Position numbers and translations under genes: made by a program. The notes under the pieces are model-generated. The model ran no database searches. It was not told the DNA's origin and worked only from the letters and a program-made list of their open reading frames with translations. This document shows, piece after piece, positions 38,063-50,707 of a DNA stretch of 64,000 nt. The stretch's first letter is position 1; each line of letters starts with the position of its first letter. This stretch comes from Octopus vulgaris (lineage: Eukaryota), in NCBI GenBank assembly GCA_951406725.2, contig OX597817.1, positions 154,876,001-154,940,000 of the forward strand, read 5' to 3'.

Positions 38063-39245
38063 CAGTAGCAGTTTTCCATTCATTTTGGCAATTTCATAGC
38101 AATACGTTTCTGCAGTAATAGTTTTTTAGGGTTTTAAGAAGTTATAGTAGATGGGTCCATCAGTACACCACCAAACAGCTACCATAACCTTCTTTTTGAA
38201 GAGCTCAGGTTTTTGATGCTTCATTTTGGTCCAACCACTGCAAAGAACATTTTTAATTATTGTACAGAATCTACTTTTCATCTCAAGTTATAATGCAGTC
38301 GAGAAATGGATCAGTCTGGTTACAGAGAAGAAACAATGAACAAATTTCATATCTGCACATTTTCTAATTTTCTTTCAAATCGTGTGGTACCCTTTTTGAT
38401 TTTCCAATTGCATGCAAATGGTTGCAGGCAGTTTTCTGGCTAACTTGAAGTTCTTTTGCCAGTTCTCAAATGGTTTTACATGGATCTTTCTCAACAACAA
38501 TCTTTAATTGACCGTCATGAATGACAGATGGGCAAGCACTATGTTCATGATCCTCAAGGACCAGGTCTCCACTGAGAATTCATTTAAACCATTTTCAAGC
38601 TAACCACTCACTGGTCATTTCCTCACCAAACATTTTGTTGATGTTGTGAGCAGTTTCAGCTGCTTTACATCCTTTTTTGAAGTTGAATAGCAAAATTTCT
38701 CGGATATTGTGCTTTGACAGATCCATTTCAGATGATTGTAACATCATCATCATCGTTTAGCGTCCGTTTTCCATGCTAGCATGGGTTGGACAGTTCAACT
38801 GGGGTCTGTGAAGCTGGAAGGCTTCATCAGGCCCAGTCAGATCTGGCAGTGTTTCTACGGCTGGATGCCCTTCCTAACACCAACCACTCCGTGAGTGTAG
38901 TGGGTGCTTTTTACGTGCCACCTGCACAGGTGCCAGACAGAGCTGGCAAACAGCCACGAACGGATGGTGCTTTTTATGTGCCACCAGCACGGGGACCAGG
39001 CGAGGCTGGCAACGGACACGAACGGATGGTGCTTTTTACGTGCCACCGGCACGAGGCCAGTCGGGGCAGCGCTGGCAACGGTCACGAAAAAATATCAATG
39101 TTAGTTTATTGATGCATTTGGGCAAGTCTATGTCTGTATTATCAGACAATTGTAAAACAATGTTCAAAAAAATTCAAAGCTCTGCAAAAAATCTGGTACA
39201 AATTCATCATGGTTCAAAAAGTTGCTTACTTTTTACTCAACCTGA
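38062..39245 (-). pseudogene. Decayed mariner transposon (Hsmar1/cecropia-like) with 5' TIR, 3'-truncated
   Basis: From ATG 38726: MDLSKHNIREILLFNFKKGCKAAETAHNINKMFGEE...ELAKELQVS...HLHAIGK..VPHDL...DPFLDCIIT*DEK*ILYNN...KKVMVAVWW; TA|TCAGGTTGAGTAAAAAGTAA TIR ending at 39245. Confidence 0.92.
38742..39088 (-). mobile_element. SINE-like family D inserted in the mariner 5' UTR
   Basis: Family D core with three internal units. Confidence 0.9.
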
Positions 39246-40249
39246 TATGTATGTACGATGATGACGATGATGTATGAGAGTGTGTGTCTATGTGTGAAAT
39301 TGTGTTTGATAATGTTTGTGTATATTAATCAAATATAAAGGAGTGCTAACATATACAATGAAACCAATGTGGATTTGATTATTTCCACTGTTTTCAATAT
39401 GAGAAATAACCACAGAATATTGAAATGCAGTGATTAAGTAAAAAACCCCATTAAATTGGTTTGTGAGTTAACAATATTCTTTGGCTGAGCAAGCAAGGAA
39501 GATATTCTCCAAATGTCTTTTTAGGTTTATTAGGTTTCATCTACAGAATCCAAGATGATTTTGCTGGTGGTGATAGTTGTATTAGAAATGTTTGCTGTTG
39601 TTTGACCTGAGATCAGACCTGATTGAGCATATCTTGCCTTTTATTAACTCTTTTGGGACATAGTGTTTTTTGTTTTGTTTTTTATGTGTAGCCAAAAATG
39701 CAAAAAAATTTTTTCCTATTGCAAGATATCTACTGAAAAATGATCTGATTAACTATTACACTTCAAAACCAACCATTCACAACATTTGTTCCATCAGGGC
39801 AATGGATCCACCTCAGAATCCTTTCACTTTGTATCACTTGGGCTGATCAATTGACCTGGGTGTCCCAAGAGGATTAATATAGTATACACTAGAATACATT
39901 TTGCAGGATCTTTTCTGTATTTTGATATGGCAGAGTATGATTTGAAGGAAATTTGGCTGCTGTTTTTAGCAGAGGAAAGATCATTGCATAAATGCTCATT
40001 TGTTCAGGTTCTAGTTGTTGTTCAAGCCTGTGCAGACCTGTGGTTATATATGTTCCAAGCTTGACCATTTTATTATTTGCTCAGGTATTGTGAATATCTC
40101 TGACTGCATTATTCAACGTCCTTCTCTTTTTGAGGACTGAGATTTGAGGAAACTTTAGCTACTATTTCTAGCATATTGAGCAAACACATAGAGACTTATC
40201 TTGTTGGCTCTAGTGTTTGATTGTGGTTGTGATTTGCCAGCATGTCTAT

Positions 40250-40516
40250 GTGTGATAGTATTAGGGTGGTGGTGGAAGCGGTGGTGGTGATGGCGGCAGC
40301 GGTGGTGGTGGTAGTGGTGGCAGTGGTGGTGGTGGCTGGTGGTGTGGGCTTCAGCTCTACTCATTCTTACCCCACAGCACTTCTCCCTTTTCCCATAGAC
40401 ATGTGACAACACTGTGTGTGTGTGTGTGTGTGGAGTGATTTCAGGGTTATGTGTAAGATATAGAGAGGGGATGGTATTGTGTGTGTGTATGTGTGTTTAT
40501 AAATACTAACACAAAG

Positions 40517-40582
<66 letters not shown>

Positions 40583-41280
40583 TACTTCATGTATACATGT
40601 GCCTTTTGCATGTATTGTTTGTGTATGTGTATATATAACTCTGTATATGTTTGTAAGTGCTTGAGTGGGTGTGAGCATTCTGGCAGAGGTAGGGGGGGGG
40701 TCCATACAATGATCACTACCACCACCCCTCTCCACACCATTTCCACCACCACTACAATACCATCACCACCCTTACACCCGTCCCCATCACGTGTGCGCAT
40801 GTGTGTGGGTGTGTGTGTGGGTGTGTAGCTACATGTCTTTTTCTTGTAGTTTCATACATACATGTACAATCACCACCGCAACCAATTACTACATCACCAC
40901 CACTTTACTATGTTCCACCACCTCCGCGTTATTACCACCAGCACCTCCACCCATCACTATTAGTACCCCTATTATCACCACCACCTCCACACAACCTTTA
41001 CTAACCCCAATCAGACACTGCCACTTTAACACTCTCTCTGTAAGGTTATCCCAATAGAAATAGGAGTCTAGAAATTGAGACATATTTGACCCCCAATGGA
41101 CAGGTTTGGAAAGTAGCAGTAGTAGTAGTAGCAGCAGTAGTACTAGTAGTGGTAGCATTAGTGCTGTCTACCTCCTTTTACATTCTAAGGTTGTCACCAC
41201 CACCATCACCACTACTACTACTATTACTACTCACACGCACATACACCCACACTGCAGCCACCACCACTACCATCATAGAC
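40250..41280. repeat. Low-complexity (GGT/CAC/TAG/CA)n region
   Basis: Direct reading. Confidence 0.8.
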
Positions 41281-41319
41281 ACCAAACTAGTCTGTGGCTC
41301 CGGCTACTTTTTCTTGTAG

Positions 41320-41378
41320 CCCAATTCTGCCAATTCCTTCAGGTTCCAGATTTTTACACCATTCTTGTTTTGTGTAAG
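41320..41378 (+). other. Candidate 59-nt exon
   Basis: CTACTTTTTCTTGTAG acceptor and AAG|GTGAGT donor. Confidence 0.35.
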
Positions 41379-41633
41379 GTGAGTTACTACTACTACTACT
41401 ACTATTACTACTACTGCTGCTTTCTTTTGCTTTCTCACTCTCTCTCTCTCTTTATCTATCTATCTTCATCTCTCATTCTAGTATAGGTGAGAGACTACTA
41501 CCTAGAAGTTGGCAGGTGGGTGTCATTTACCATTCTTTGTGTAGGTGCTAAGACTATTAATTACTACACACACACACACACACACTCACATAGACACACA
41601 GGTATGCACATGTACAGAGACAAGCAGACACGT

Positions 41634-41677
<44 letters not shown>

Positions 41678-41722
41678 ACATACACTCACTTTACCATTTA
41701 GTTACTACATTATTATTACAAT

Positions 41723-41956
41723 CTATTTCTTTACTACCCACAAGGGGCTAAACACAGAGGGGACAAACAAGGACAGACAAACGGGTTAAGTCGATTAGAT
41801 CGATCCCAGTGCATAACTGGTACTTAATTTATCGACCCCGAAAGGATGAAAGGCAAAGTCGACCTCGGCGGAATTTGAACTCAGAACGTAGCAGCAGACG
41901 AAATATGGCTACGCATTTCGCCCGGCGTGCTAACCGTTTGTGCCAGCTTGCCGCCT
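41723..41956 (-). mobile_element. SINE family B, full length
   Basis: Family B consensus; ATTATTACAA on both flanks (TSD). Confidence 0.92.
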
Positions 41957-42383
41957 GATTATTATTACAACCACCACCACCATTGTCATCAACAGCTGCT
42001 TTCATCCCCTCTGATTGACACTTGCTCCAGCTCTGAAATCAAATTCAGTGATGGATCAACTGTTCGATCTATCAAATTGTTTATCTTTATTGAATGATTA
42101 AATCATAAGATCAGTTTAACCAATGGTTATATCACATGAAAAAAAGAAAAGAAATTGTTATCATTAATAAACTGTGGCGGGAAAGGATGGTGAGGTGTAC
42201 TAATCCATTTGACTTGAATGTAATTATTTTCCTTAAAGAAAGGATTAGTGGTTTTGTGTTGATTTAGTGTCAAGAATAAATAAATAGCACCCCCAGCCCC
42301 ACTCTTTAGCATGTGGTATGCAGTAGTGGCAGTGGATAAAGTTCTACTACTACTACTACAAGGGATTCCTTCTAAATACTTAA

Positions 42384-42602
42384 CCCTTTAGTGTTCAGAT
42401 TATTCTATCAAACATAATGCTTATTGATTCACATTGATTTGAATTAATCATGCATTATCTCATATTTTCAAGATCTTGATGGTGTAATTACTTAATGTAG
42501 AATAACATTGTAGGGTAGGTGTGAGAGCCTGGATCTGGTCAGTTTGAACATAAAACAGATTAGCTATTTTGGCCAGATATGGCCGGTTTAAATACAAAAG
42601 GG
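42384..42602 (+). mobile_element. piggyBac-type MITE family E
   Basis: TTAA|CCCTTT...AAAGGG|TTAA. Confidence 0.9.
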
Positions 42603-42692
42603 TTAAAGGATTCTTAAAGGTCCAGAGCATTTAAGTTCAGAGGTTTCATTTTTCTCCTGCCTACTTAGGTATATGAAATACTGACTTTTCTT

Positions 42693-43117
42693 ATCATCAT
42701 CGTCATCATCATCATCATCATCATCATCATTTAGCGTCCGCTTTCCATGCTAGCATGGGTTGGACGGTGCAACTGGGGTCTGGGAAGCCAGAAGGCTGCA
42801 CCAGGCCCAGTCTAAATCTGGCAGTGTTTCTACGGCTGGATGCCCTTCATAACGCCAACCACTCCGTGAGTGTAGTGGGTACTTTTTACGTGCCACCCGC
42901 ACAGGTGCCAGACGGAGCTGGCAAACGGCCATGGACGGATGGTGCTTTTTACGTGCCACCGCCACGGGGGCCAGTCGGGGCGGAGCTGGCAAACGGCCAC
43001 GGACTGATGGTGCTTTTTATGTGCCACCAGCACGGGGGCCAGGCGAGGCTGGCAAACGGCCACAGACGGATGGTGCTTTTTACATGCCACCGGCACGGGG
43101 GCCAGGCGAGGCTGGCA
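42693..43117 (-). mobile_element. SINE-like family D with four internal units
   Basis: GGTGCTTTTTACGTGCCACC repeated four times. Confidence 0.9.
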
Positions 43118-43444
43118 ATAATATTTATTTATATATTCTTTTTCTTTGATAGTTTCATGCCAGTAGCATTGTGTCCATGGTGATTTAGGGTGAGGTAGAC
43201 CCACCCTGTTGGTGTACTGCATCTATTTATGTTGTTATTAGACAAAAGGCTTAGCTGCAGTTTTGTCCATCTTTATGTTCTGGGTTTAAGTTCCCCTATG
43301 ACTGACTTCGCCTTTCATCATTTCAGGGTCAATAAAATAAGTACCAGTCAAGCCCTGGGGTTGATGTAAATGACTTATCCTGCTTCCCTGAAATTTCTGG
43401 CCTTGTACTAAAATTTGAAATCATTATCATTCATTATCATTATT

Positions 43445-43837
43445 ATTATTTTATGTTGGACTTTTGCTTTACATTTGTACAAGTTGGCTCCAAGTCTCAC
43501 CCAAAGACCTCAAGAGACAACAGGTTGGAAGTTCATGTTGGTATTATGCCTAGGGTGTCATATATTTGGTTTTGTACATAGTGTTGTTCTAGAGAATGTT
43601 TAAGAAACCATAAGAAAATTATGTGTTTGTTTTAAAACTTGAGATTACATAGAAAGTATTTTGCATAGGATATGGGCAGTTCCCATGAGCACTATCTTTT
43701 GAATTTCTGCCATTTTGGGGTTTCCTGGTATCTGAGCTAGGTAGCAATCAGCCCCTTTTGCTATCATTCCCAGGGCACCTATGACAACAGGTATTGTTTT
43801 AGTCTTCAAGTTCCACATTTTGCTAATTTCTATTTCA
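43445..43837 (-). mobile_element. R4/Dong-clade LINE 3' end
   Basis: EIEISKMWNLKTKTIPVVIGALGMIAKGADCYLAQIPGNP.MAEIQKIVLMGTAHILCKILSM*, then UTR and (TAA)n. Confidence 0.85.
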
Positions 43838-43881
43838 AAATAATATTAATAATAACTTTGAAATAGTTATTGTTATTATTA

Positions 43882-43915
<34 letters not shown>

Positions 43916-44119
43916 GGCGGTGAGCTAGCAGAGTCATTAATGCACTGGATGAAATGCTTAGCGGTATTTCCCCCATCTTTATATTCTGAGTTCAAATTCT
44001 GCCGAGGTCAACTTTACCTTTCATCGTTTCAGGGTCAGTGAAATAAGTATCAGTTGAACACTGAGGTTGTTGTAATCAACTCATCCCTTCCTGCTAATTG
44101 CTGCCCTTGTGGCAAAATT

Positions 44120-44755
44120 TATTATTATTATTATTATAGACATCACATAGTATACAATATCATGAGGTTGTTGATTGAAGATATTGTGTCTACTGGAGGT
44201 TTGTACTGTTTGTCAAGTAACAACAAGGATCTCAGGCAGAGAGTACTTTATGCAATATGCATGCAGTTCCAAGTAATGCCTGTGTTTGCAATACAGCTAA
44301 ATTGCAGGGTAGCTCTAAGATTTTTAGATGTTTTATTTTTTTAGATCGGGTGGTATTGAACCCAATGCTCCAATGACAATAGGGATAACCTTTATGTTCC
44401 ACTCTCATAGCTGCCACATCTTAGCGATCTCAATTCTCAGGTCTCCATATTTATCAACTTTTTCTCTTTCTTTCATGGTGATGTGTTGATCTCCTGGCAC
44501 TGCTACATCACTTATTAAGCACTTTTGTTTGTGCTCTAACACTTTGTCTGTCTGGAAATCAAAGTCCCAAAGGATTTTTGCCTTCCCCTTTTCATCCATA
44601 CTTACAACATAGTAGCCAGTGGAGGTTTGGGGCTACTTTGTTGTGTCTATGCTTGTACTCTTTCTCCACAAGATTTTCACAAGCACTGACAATGTGAATC
44701 ACACTTTCAACCCTCTTCCCACACATTCTACAGAGGTCCGATGCACTTGTGTGGT
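44120..44755 (-). pseudogene. R4/Dong-clade LINE C-terminal fragment (CCHC knuckle plus restriction-like endonuclease)
   Basis: CRMCGKRVESVIHIVSAC...YKHRHNKVA; KILWDFDFQTD...DVAVPGD...KEREKVDKYGDLRIEIAKMW; ALLGTACILHKVL. Confidence 0.9.
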
Positions 44756-45741
44756 CATTCATACAATTATTAGTATTATTAATTTCTTCTGGCTCTTTAG
44801 AGTTCAAATTTCGTTGAAGCCGACTTGCCTTTCATCCTTTCAGGGTCAAGAAAATAAGTAGTATTCAAGTACTGGGGTCAATGTAATTGACTATCTCCCA
44901 CCCATAAAATTTCAGGCCTTGTGTCTATAATAGAAAGAATTACTATTATTCAATTAAAGTCCATTTTCCATGCTGGCATGGGTTGGACAGTTTGACAGAA
45001 TCCAGTTATTATTATCATTGTGGCCTTGTGCCAAAATTTGAAATAATTTTCATTTTAATTATTATATACACTAATACAGACAGAACATATGCACTTTCAT
45101 ACACACAAATTGAGTACTTTAAGTTATTGGTTAGCTGTTGGTCAGCTCTGATTAAGTAGATCAGTGACCAAAAGGCATCACAGCTGTGATCAGCCTTATA
45201 TTTATTTATTTAGTTTATATTGCTTTTTTTACAGACACCATGTGTTTAAACCCCCACCTCCTTCATCCCCACGCATTAAATCATCTTATTGATTAAATGA
45301 TTGATTGTAAAATCAGTGTAGCCATAGGATTGCTGGAACTGTTGAAAATTGTGAAACCTGATGCATTTTGGTATTTGTTCCAGTTCTTTGCATTCTGATT
45401 TCAAATCCTGTTGTGGCCTATTTAAGTGGTAGACTTAATCCTTCACCCAGTTTAATACCATCACCCGGCATCTTGGGTACCATTTGTATGCTATCAGGTT
45501 AGGTCTCCAGTCTGTGGACTCCTTTTACCCATCGTGATGACCCACTAAAAGGTGATGGGCTTATGTCTCCCCTCTTCAATTGAAGGTTTTAAAATAAATA
45601 CAAAGTGCCCTCCCTCTCTTTAAAAAAGACTGCGTAGATTTGAAGGACTCTTTGGTTGTTATCTCTAGTATCCAGTTAAGTTATTTAACCTCAAGAATGA
45701 GAGTCACTATTTGCTAGAAATAACAGCCAAAACATCTTTAA

Positions 45742-45963
45742 CCCTTTAGTGTTCAGAATACTCTGTTAAATGTAATACTTTTTCACTCAAATTGTTTTGA
45801 ATTAATCATGCATTATCTTATAGCTTTTGAGGTTTCAATGATGTGATTGTTTATTTTCAGAATGGCATTGTAGGTTAGGAGTGAGAGGCTAGATATCGCC
45901 AGTTTGAATATAAAACATATAGAATATATTGGGCCGAATTTGGCCAGTTTAAACACTAAAGGG
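45742..45963 (+). mobile_element. piggyBac-type MITE family E
   Basis: TTAA|CCCTTTAGTGTT...AACACTAAAGGG|TTAA. Confidence 0.92.
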
Positions 45964-46495
45964 TTAAGTCATATCTGTCTTTTTTAAAAAGGAAGTATGC
46001 ATTTGCTCAAAGTAGTCATAGATATTAAAAAAAAAAATGGAAAAACAATTAAGGCTGGAACATATTTGATTGTAGGCCTGTTTGCTAACCTTGGGCTATA
46101 CAACAACCTAAAGAATTGACTGTAATATATTGAATGACATCATCACATTTAAACTTCACTGCAGACTCACCCAGACTTCAGTTTGTTAAATTGAGAACTG
46201 AATAACATTGTGAACACCTTCAAACAGTATATAGTCATCCTCACTCAACTGAAGCTGTGCAAATGTTATATAATCAATCACTCAGTTGGATGTCACCTGG
46301 TGTGTCACCTGGTGTCGCCTGTCCCATGTGGGGTGGAGGGAAGGTGCTTTTCATGTTTTTCATGCTTCAAAGCATTTGCCTCAGAATTATCTGGCTACCC
46401 GAATGCTATGGCTGATGCTATGTACTTTTAAGGTTCATAGTGTGAGTGTATGATCATTTAAAGCCATGTGGCCATTTAGACCAAACACGATACAG

Positions 46496-46526
<31 letters not shown>

Positions 46527-47378
46527 TACACACACACATACATACATACACACACACATACATACACACACACACACATACATACATACACACACACACA
46601 TACATACACTCACATACATATATACATACATACATAAATTCACTCACTCACACGCAGCCACACACATACAAATATATATAAAAAATCAAGGTTTGTTAAT
46701 TAAAGAATCATCATCATCTAATGTCTGTTTTCCATGCTGGCATGGGTTGGACAAATTGACAGGAGCTGGTGAACCAGAAGACTGCACCAAGGCTCTGCTT
46801 CCTGCTTTGGCATGGTTTCTACTGCTGGATACTTCCCCATTGCTAATCACTTTACAGAATGGACTGGCTGCTTTTTATGTGGCACCAGCAGAATAACAAA
46901 CATTTATTGGTGAAAGGATTAAATACATGGATATTGGTGAAAGGATTAAATACATGGATGTAGCGTCAGATTTATTATTAATTAAAGAAATTGATGTTCA
47001 AGCAAAAAGATTGATGTTCAGATTTTTATATTAAGCAAAGAGATTGGTGTTTAACTAGTCTTGATATAACTTCAGCACTTGGAGTGTCACTCTTTTGACT
47101 GGCTTGAATTAAAGCCAGTCAGAAAGATTCTACAATGTTCATTCAATTTGCTTGGAAAAGTAGCCAAATTTCCTTCGAACACACCCTTCTATTAAGATAA
47201 AATGAAATTTAAAACATACAGAAAGGAAGACAGTATATTTAGGACTGCTTGATCCAATGCTCTGAATTTGGCTTATCATTACTGGAATTCTTTTCATTAT
47301 AGGTTTGGTGGATCAGGGCTGAACTGAAGCTAATCAACATCAGTAGCAACCTAAGTCAACATTTGTGACTATCATTAA

Positions 47379-47756
47379 CCCTTTAGCATTCAGATATTTT
47401 GTCAAATGTGATACTTATTTATTCACATTGTTTTGAATTAATCATGCATTATAACATAGCTTCGAGAATTCAATGATGTGATTCTGTATTTTTTGAAAGA
47501 CATTGCAGGGTAGATGGCAGAGGCCAGATCTGGCCAGTTTTAATATAAAACAAGTAGAATATTTAGGCTGGATATGGCCGGTTTAAATGCTGACCTTGTA
47601 GCATCCAGATTTCTTTGTCAAATGTAATGCTTATTTATTCACATTGTTTTGAAATAATCATGCATTATCTTGTAGCTTTGAGATTTCAATGGCCAGTTTT
47701 AGCATAAAGCATGTAGAATATTTTGGCTGGATATGGCCAGGTTAAATGCTAATGGA
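47379..47756 (+). mobile_element. Tandem dimer of MITE family E
   Basis: Body repeated twice between outer TTAA sites; second unit internally deleted. Confidence 0.8.
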
Positions 47757-47899
47757 TTAAATGATATAATTTTGCAATTAATGTTTTGGAGAGAAAATAC
47801 CGCTGTGACTCTAGGACAGCTAATTGAGTAAATACTCCAAGTGGAATTCTAATAATTAAATGGAGTTCTAATGATATTTTTTCTTTAATGAAAAAACCT

Positions 47900-48297
47900 T
47901 ACTCTTTTACTTGCTTCAGTCATTTGACTGTGGCCATGCTGGAGCACCGCCTTTAGTCGAGCAAATCGACCCCAGGACTTATTCTTTGTTAGCTTAGTAC
48001 TTATTCTATCGGTCACTGTGCCGAACCGCTAAGTTACAGGGACGTAAACACACCAGCATCAGTTGTCAAGTGATGTTGGGGAGGACAAACACAGACACAC
48101 AAGCATATACGCACACATACATATACATATATACAACGGGCTTCTTTCGGTTTCCGTCTACCAAATCCACTCACTAGGCTTTGGTCAGCCCGAGGCTATA
48201 GTAGAAGACACTTGCCCAAGGTGCCATGAAGTGGAACTGAACCCGGAAACATATGGTTGGTAAGCAAGACACTTACCACACAGCCACTTCTGCACCT
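47900..48297 (-). mobile_element. SINE family A, full length
   Basis: Reverse complement of the family A consensus. Confidence 0.9.
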
Positions 48298-48833
48298 ATT
48301 GAGAAAATTTTTGATTTTGGTTTCAGAACATTTATTTTTGCTAAATTTATATCAAGACTGGTTAAACATTCCTTTAAACATACCTTGAACATCAACCACT
48401 TTGCTTAGTAATAAATTTGACTCTGCATCCGTGTATTGAATCCTTTCACCAATAAATGTTTTTTTATTCTGCTGGTGCTGGTGCCACGAAAAAGCACTTG
48501 GTACATTCTGTAAGGTGGTTGGCATTTGGAAGGGCGTCCAGATACAGAAACCATGCCAAAGCAAGCAGTAAAGTTTGGTACATGCAGTCTTCTGGCTTAC
48601 CAACCACTCTCAGATTATCCAGCCTAAGTCAGCATGGGATGATCATATAATTCTGTTTCTAATGAAATCATAAGTTAATTTAAATTAAATCTTTAATACT
48701 TTCAATAATATGTATTTTTGCTGTGTGTGTGTATGTGTGTGTTTATATTTTATGTGTATTTATATTTTTTACATGTGTTTAGATATGTTTTATGTGTGTA
48801 TGTTTATATATATTTTATGTGTGTGTATGTTTA

Positions 48834-48871
<38 letters not shown>

Positions 48872-48873
<2 letters not shown>

Positions 48874-49274
48874 CGCAGGAGTGGCTGTGTGGTAAGTAGC
48901 TTGCTAACCAACCACATGGTTCAGGGTTCAGTCCCACTGCGTGGCACCTTGGGCAAGTGTCTTCTACTACAGCCCCGGGCCAACCAATGCCTTGTGAGTG
49001 GATTTGGTAGACGGAAACTGAAAGAAGCCCGTCGTATATATGTACATATATATATGTATGTATGTGTTTGTGTGTATGTGTTTGTCCCCCTAGCATTGCT
49101 TGACAACCGATGCTGGTGTGTTTATGTCCCCGTCACTTAGCGGTTCGGCAAAAGAGACCGATAGAATAAGTACTGGGCTTACAAAGAATAAGTCCTTGGG
49201 TCTAGTTGCTCGACTAAAGGCGGTGCTCCAGCATGGCCCAGTCAAATGACTGAAACAAGTAAAAGAGTAAAGAG
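48872..49274 (+). mobile_element. SINE family A, full length, inserted in (TA)n
   Basis: Family A consensus. Confidence 0.92.
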
Positions 49275-49557
49275 TATATATATATATATTGTGTGTGTGT
49301 GTGTGTGTGAGAGTTTATATATATTTTATGTGTGTGTGTGTGTGTTTATATATATATATATTGTGTATGTGTGTGTGTTTATATTGTCTAATTGACTTTA
49401 ACCTCAACCATAGTTGGCCTTAATTGCAACATTTGACTCTTCAAAATCAGTGTTTTGGTGTAAAGAAATCAGACACATGTTAATTATACTTGACTGTATA
49501 GTTTTGTTTCTAATGTTTGTTTTTTTTTGTATACTATTTTATTCTCTTATTTTGTAG

Positions 49558-49609
49558 TCTGGGAAACACAACTGAAATTGTTTTATGTTTAATCAAAACA
49601 ATAAAGTGG
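49558..49609 (+). other. Candidate 52-nt exon
   Basis: CTAAT branch-like motif, long T-rich tract, TTTTGTAG acceptor, TGG|GTAAGA donor. Confidence 0.45.
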
Positions 49610-49857
49610 GTAAGATAGTTGGTGTTAGCCATGTAAAACAACTGTATGAGTTAGTGGTGAGAGTATTAAATAAACTGAGGTGGTGATAAAGTGTTGTGTT
49701 ATAGTGGATGTACAATTAGCAACACACTGTAACTAATTGTATGATGAGAACTGAAAATAATTTCTAAAATGTTTATTTTTATTGTGGTTGATATGATTTA
49801 GTGAGCCATTAATTATTATGTCTATAGCTGTGTAAGGGATGGGTTACATCATTTACA

Positions 49858-50232
49858 GTGGAGGCGCAATGGCTCAGTGGTTAGGGCAGCGGACTCGCGG
49901 TCGTAGGATCGCGGTTTCGATTCCCAGACCAGGCGCTGTGAGTGTTTATTGAGCGAAAACACCTAAAGCTCCACGAGGCTCCAGCAGGGGATGGTGGTGA
50001 TCCCTGCTGTACTCTTTCACCACAACTTTCTCTCACTCTTACTTCCTGTTTCTGTTGTACCTGTATTTCAAAGGGCCGGCCTTGTCACGCTGAATATCCC
50101 CGAGAACTACGTTAAAGGTACACGTGTCTGTGGAGTGCTCAGCCACTTACACGTTAATTTCACGAGCAGGCTGTTCCATTGATCGGATCAACCGGAACCC
50201 TCGTCGTCGTAACCGACAGAGTGCTTCCACCA
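49858..50232 (+). mobile_element. SINE family C, full length
   Basis: TSD ACATCATTTAC on both flanks. Confidence 0.93.
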
Positions 50233-50707
50233 CACATCATTTACTAGTTAAGTTTGCTTCTCAATCACAGATTTCCTGGTTCAATTCTAATGTATGTCAC
50301 CATTACAATCTGAGTTCAGAGCACATTGAGGTTGACTATGGGTCACTCATACAATAAGTACCAACATTGTACCATATAAATACCAATATTGTTCACTATT
50401 CCTATTAAAATATGCTGCCTTAGTTTCCATAAATTTTGAAAATAAGAATTTAGGAAAGTTTGATTTTAGTTGTTTTACATCAGACCCTATGGAGGAGGTG
50501 CCTAAGGACTGACTACTTCCATGACCCTTCCAGGAATAGTGGGTGGTGAAAATGGATGGAATGGAAATGGATGAAGAATTTTGTAAAATAACTGCCATTA
50601 TTGCGTTAGTGTGTTAAACATAAATCAACATGAGATTTGGTTAGGTTTTATTTTAGATTGTTTTAAAACAGTGAAGTTGTATCATAGAACTTGAGAGGTT
50701 TATATCA

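Larger units (their letters stand above)
46708..48645. repeat. Inverted duplication; arms 46708-47069 and 48347-48645
   Basis: GCACCAGCAGAATAA.AAACATTTATTGGTGAAAGGATT.AATACA.GGATG...AGTCTTGATATAA recurs as reverse complement, including a SINE D/flank junction. Confidence 0.82.

Noticed and set aside
40155-41486. His/Thr/Pro-rich protein ORFs
   Set aside because: Derived from CAC/CA/TAG low-complexity tracts with no domain signal
45520-45600. C/D box snoRNA (GTGATGA)
   Set aside because: No suitably placed CTGA D box or terminal stem
49858-49935. tRNA gene
   Set aside because: A and B boxes present but no closed acceptor stem; continues into a SINE body with TSD
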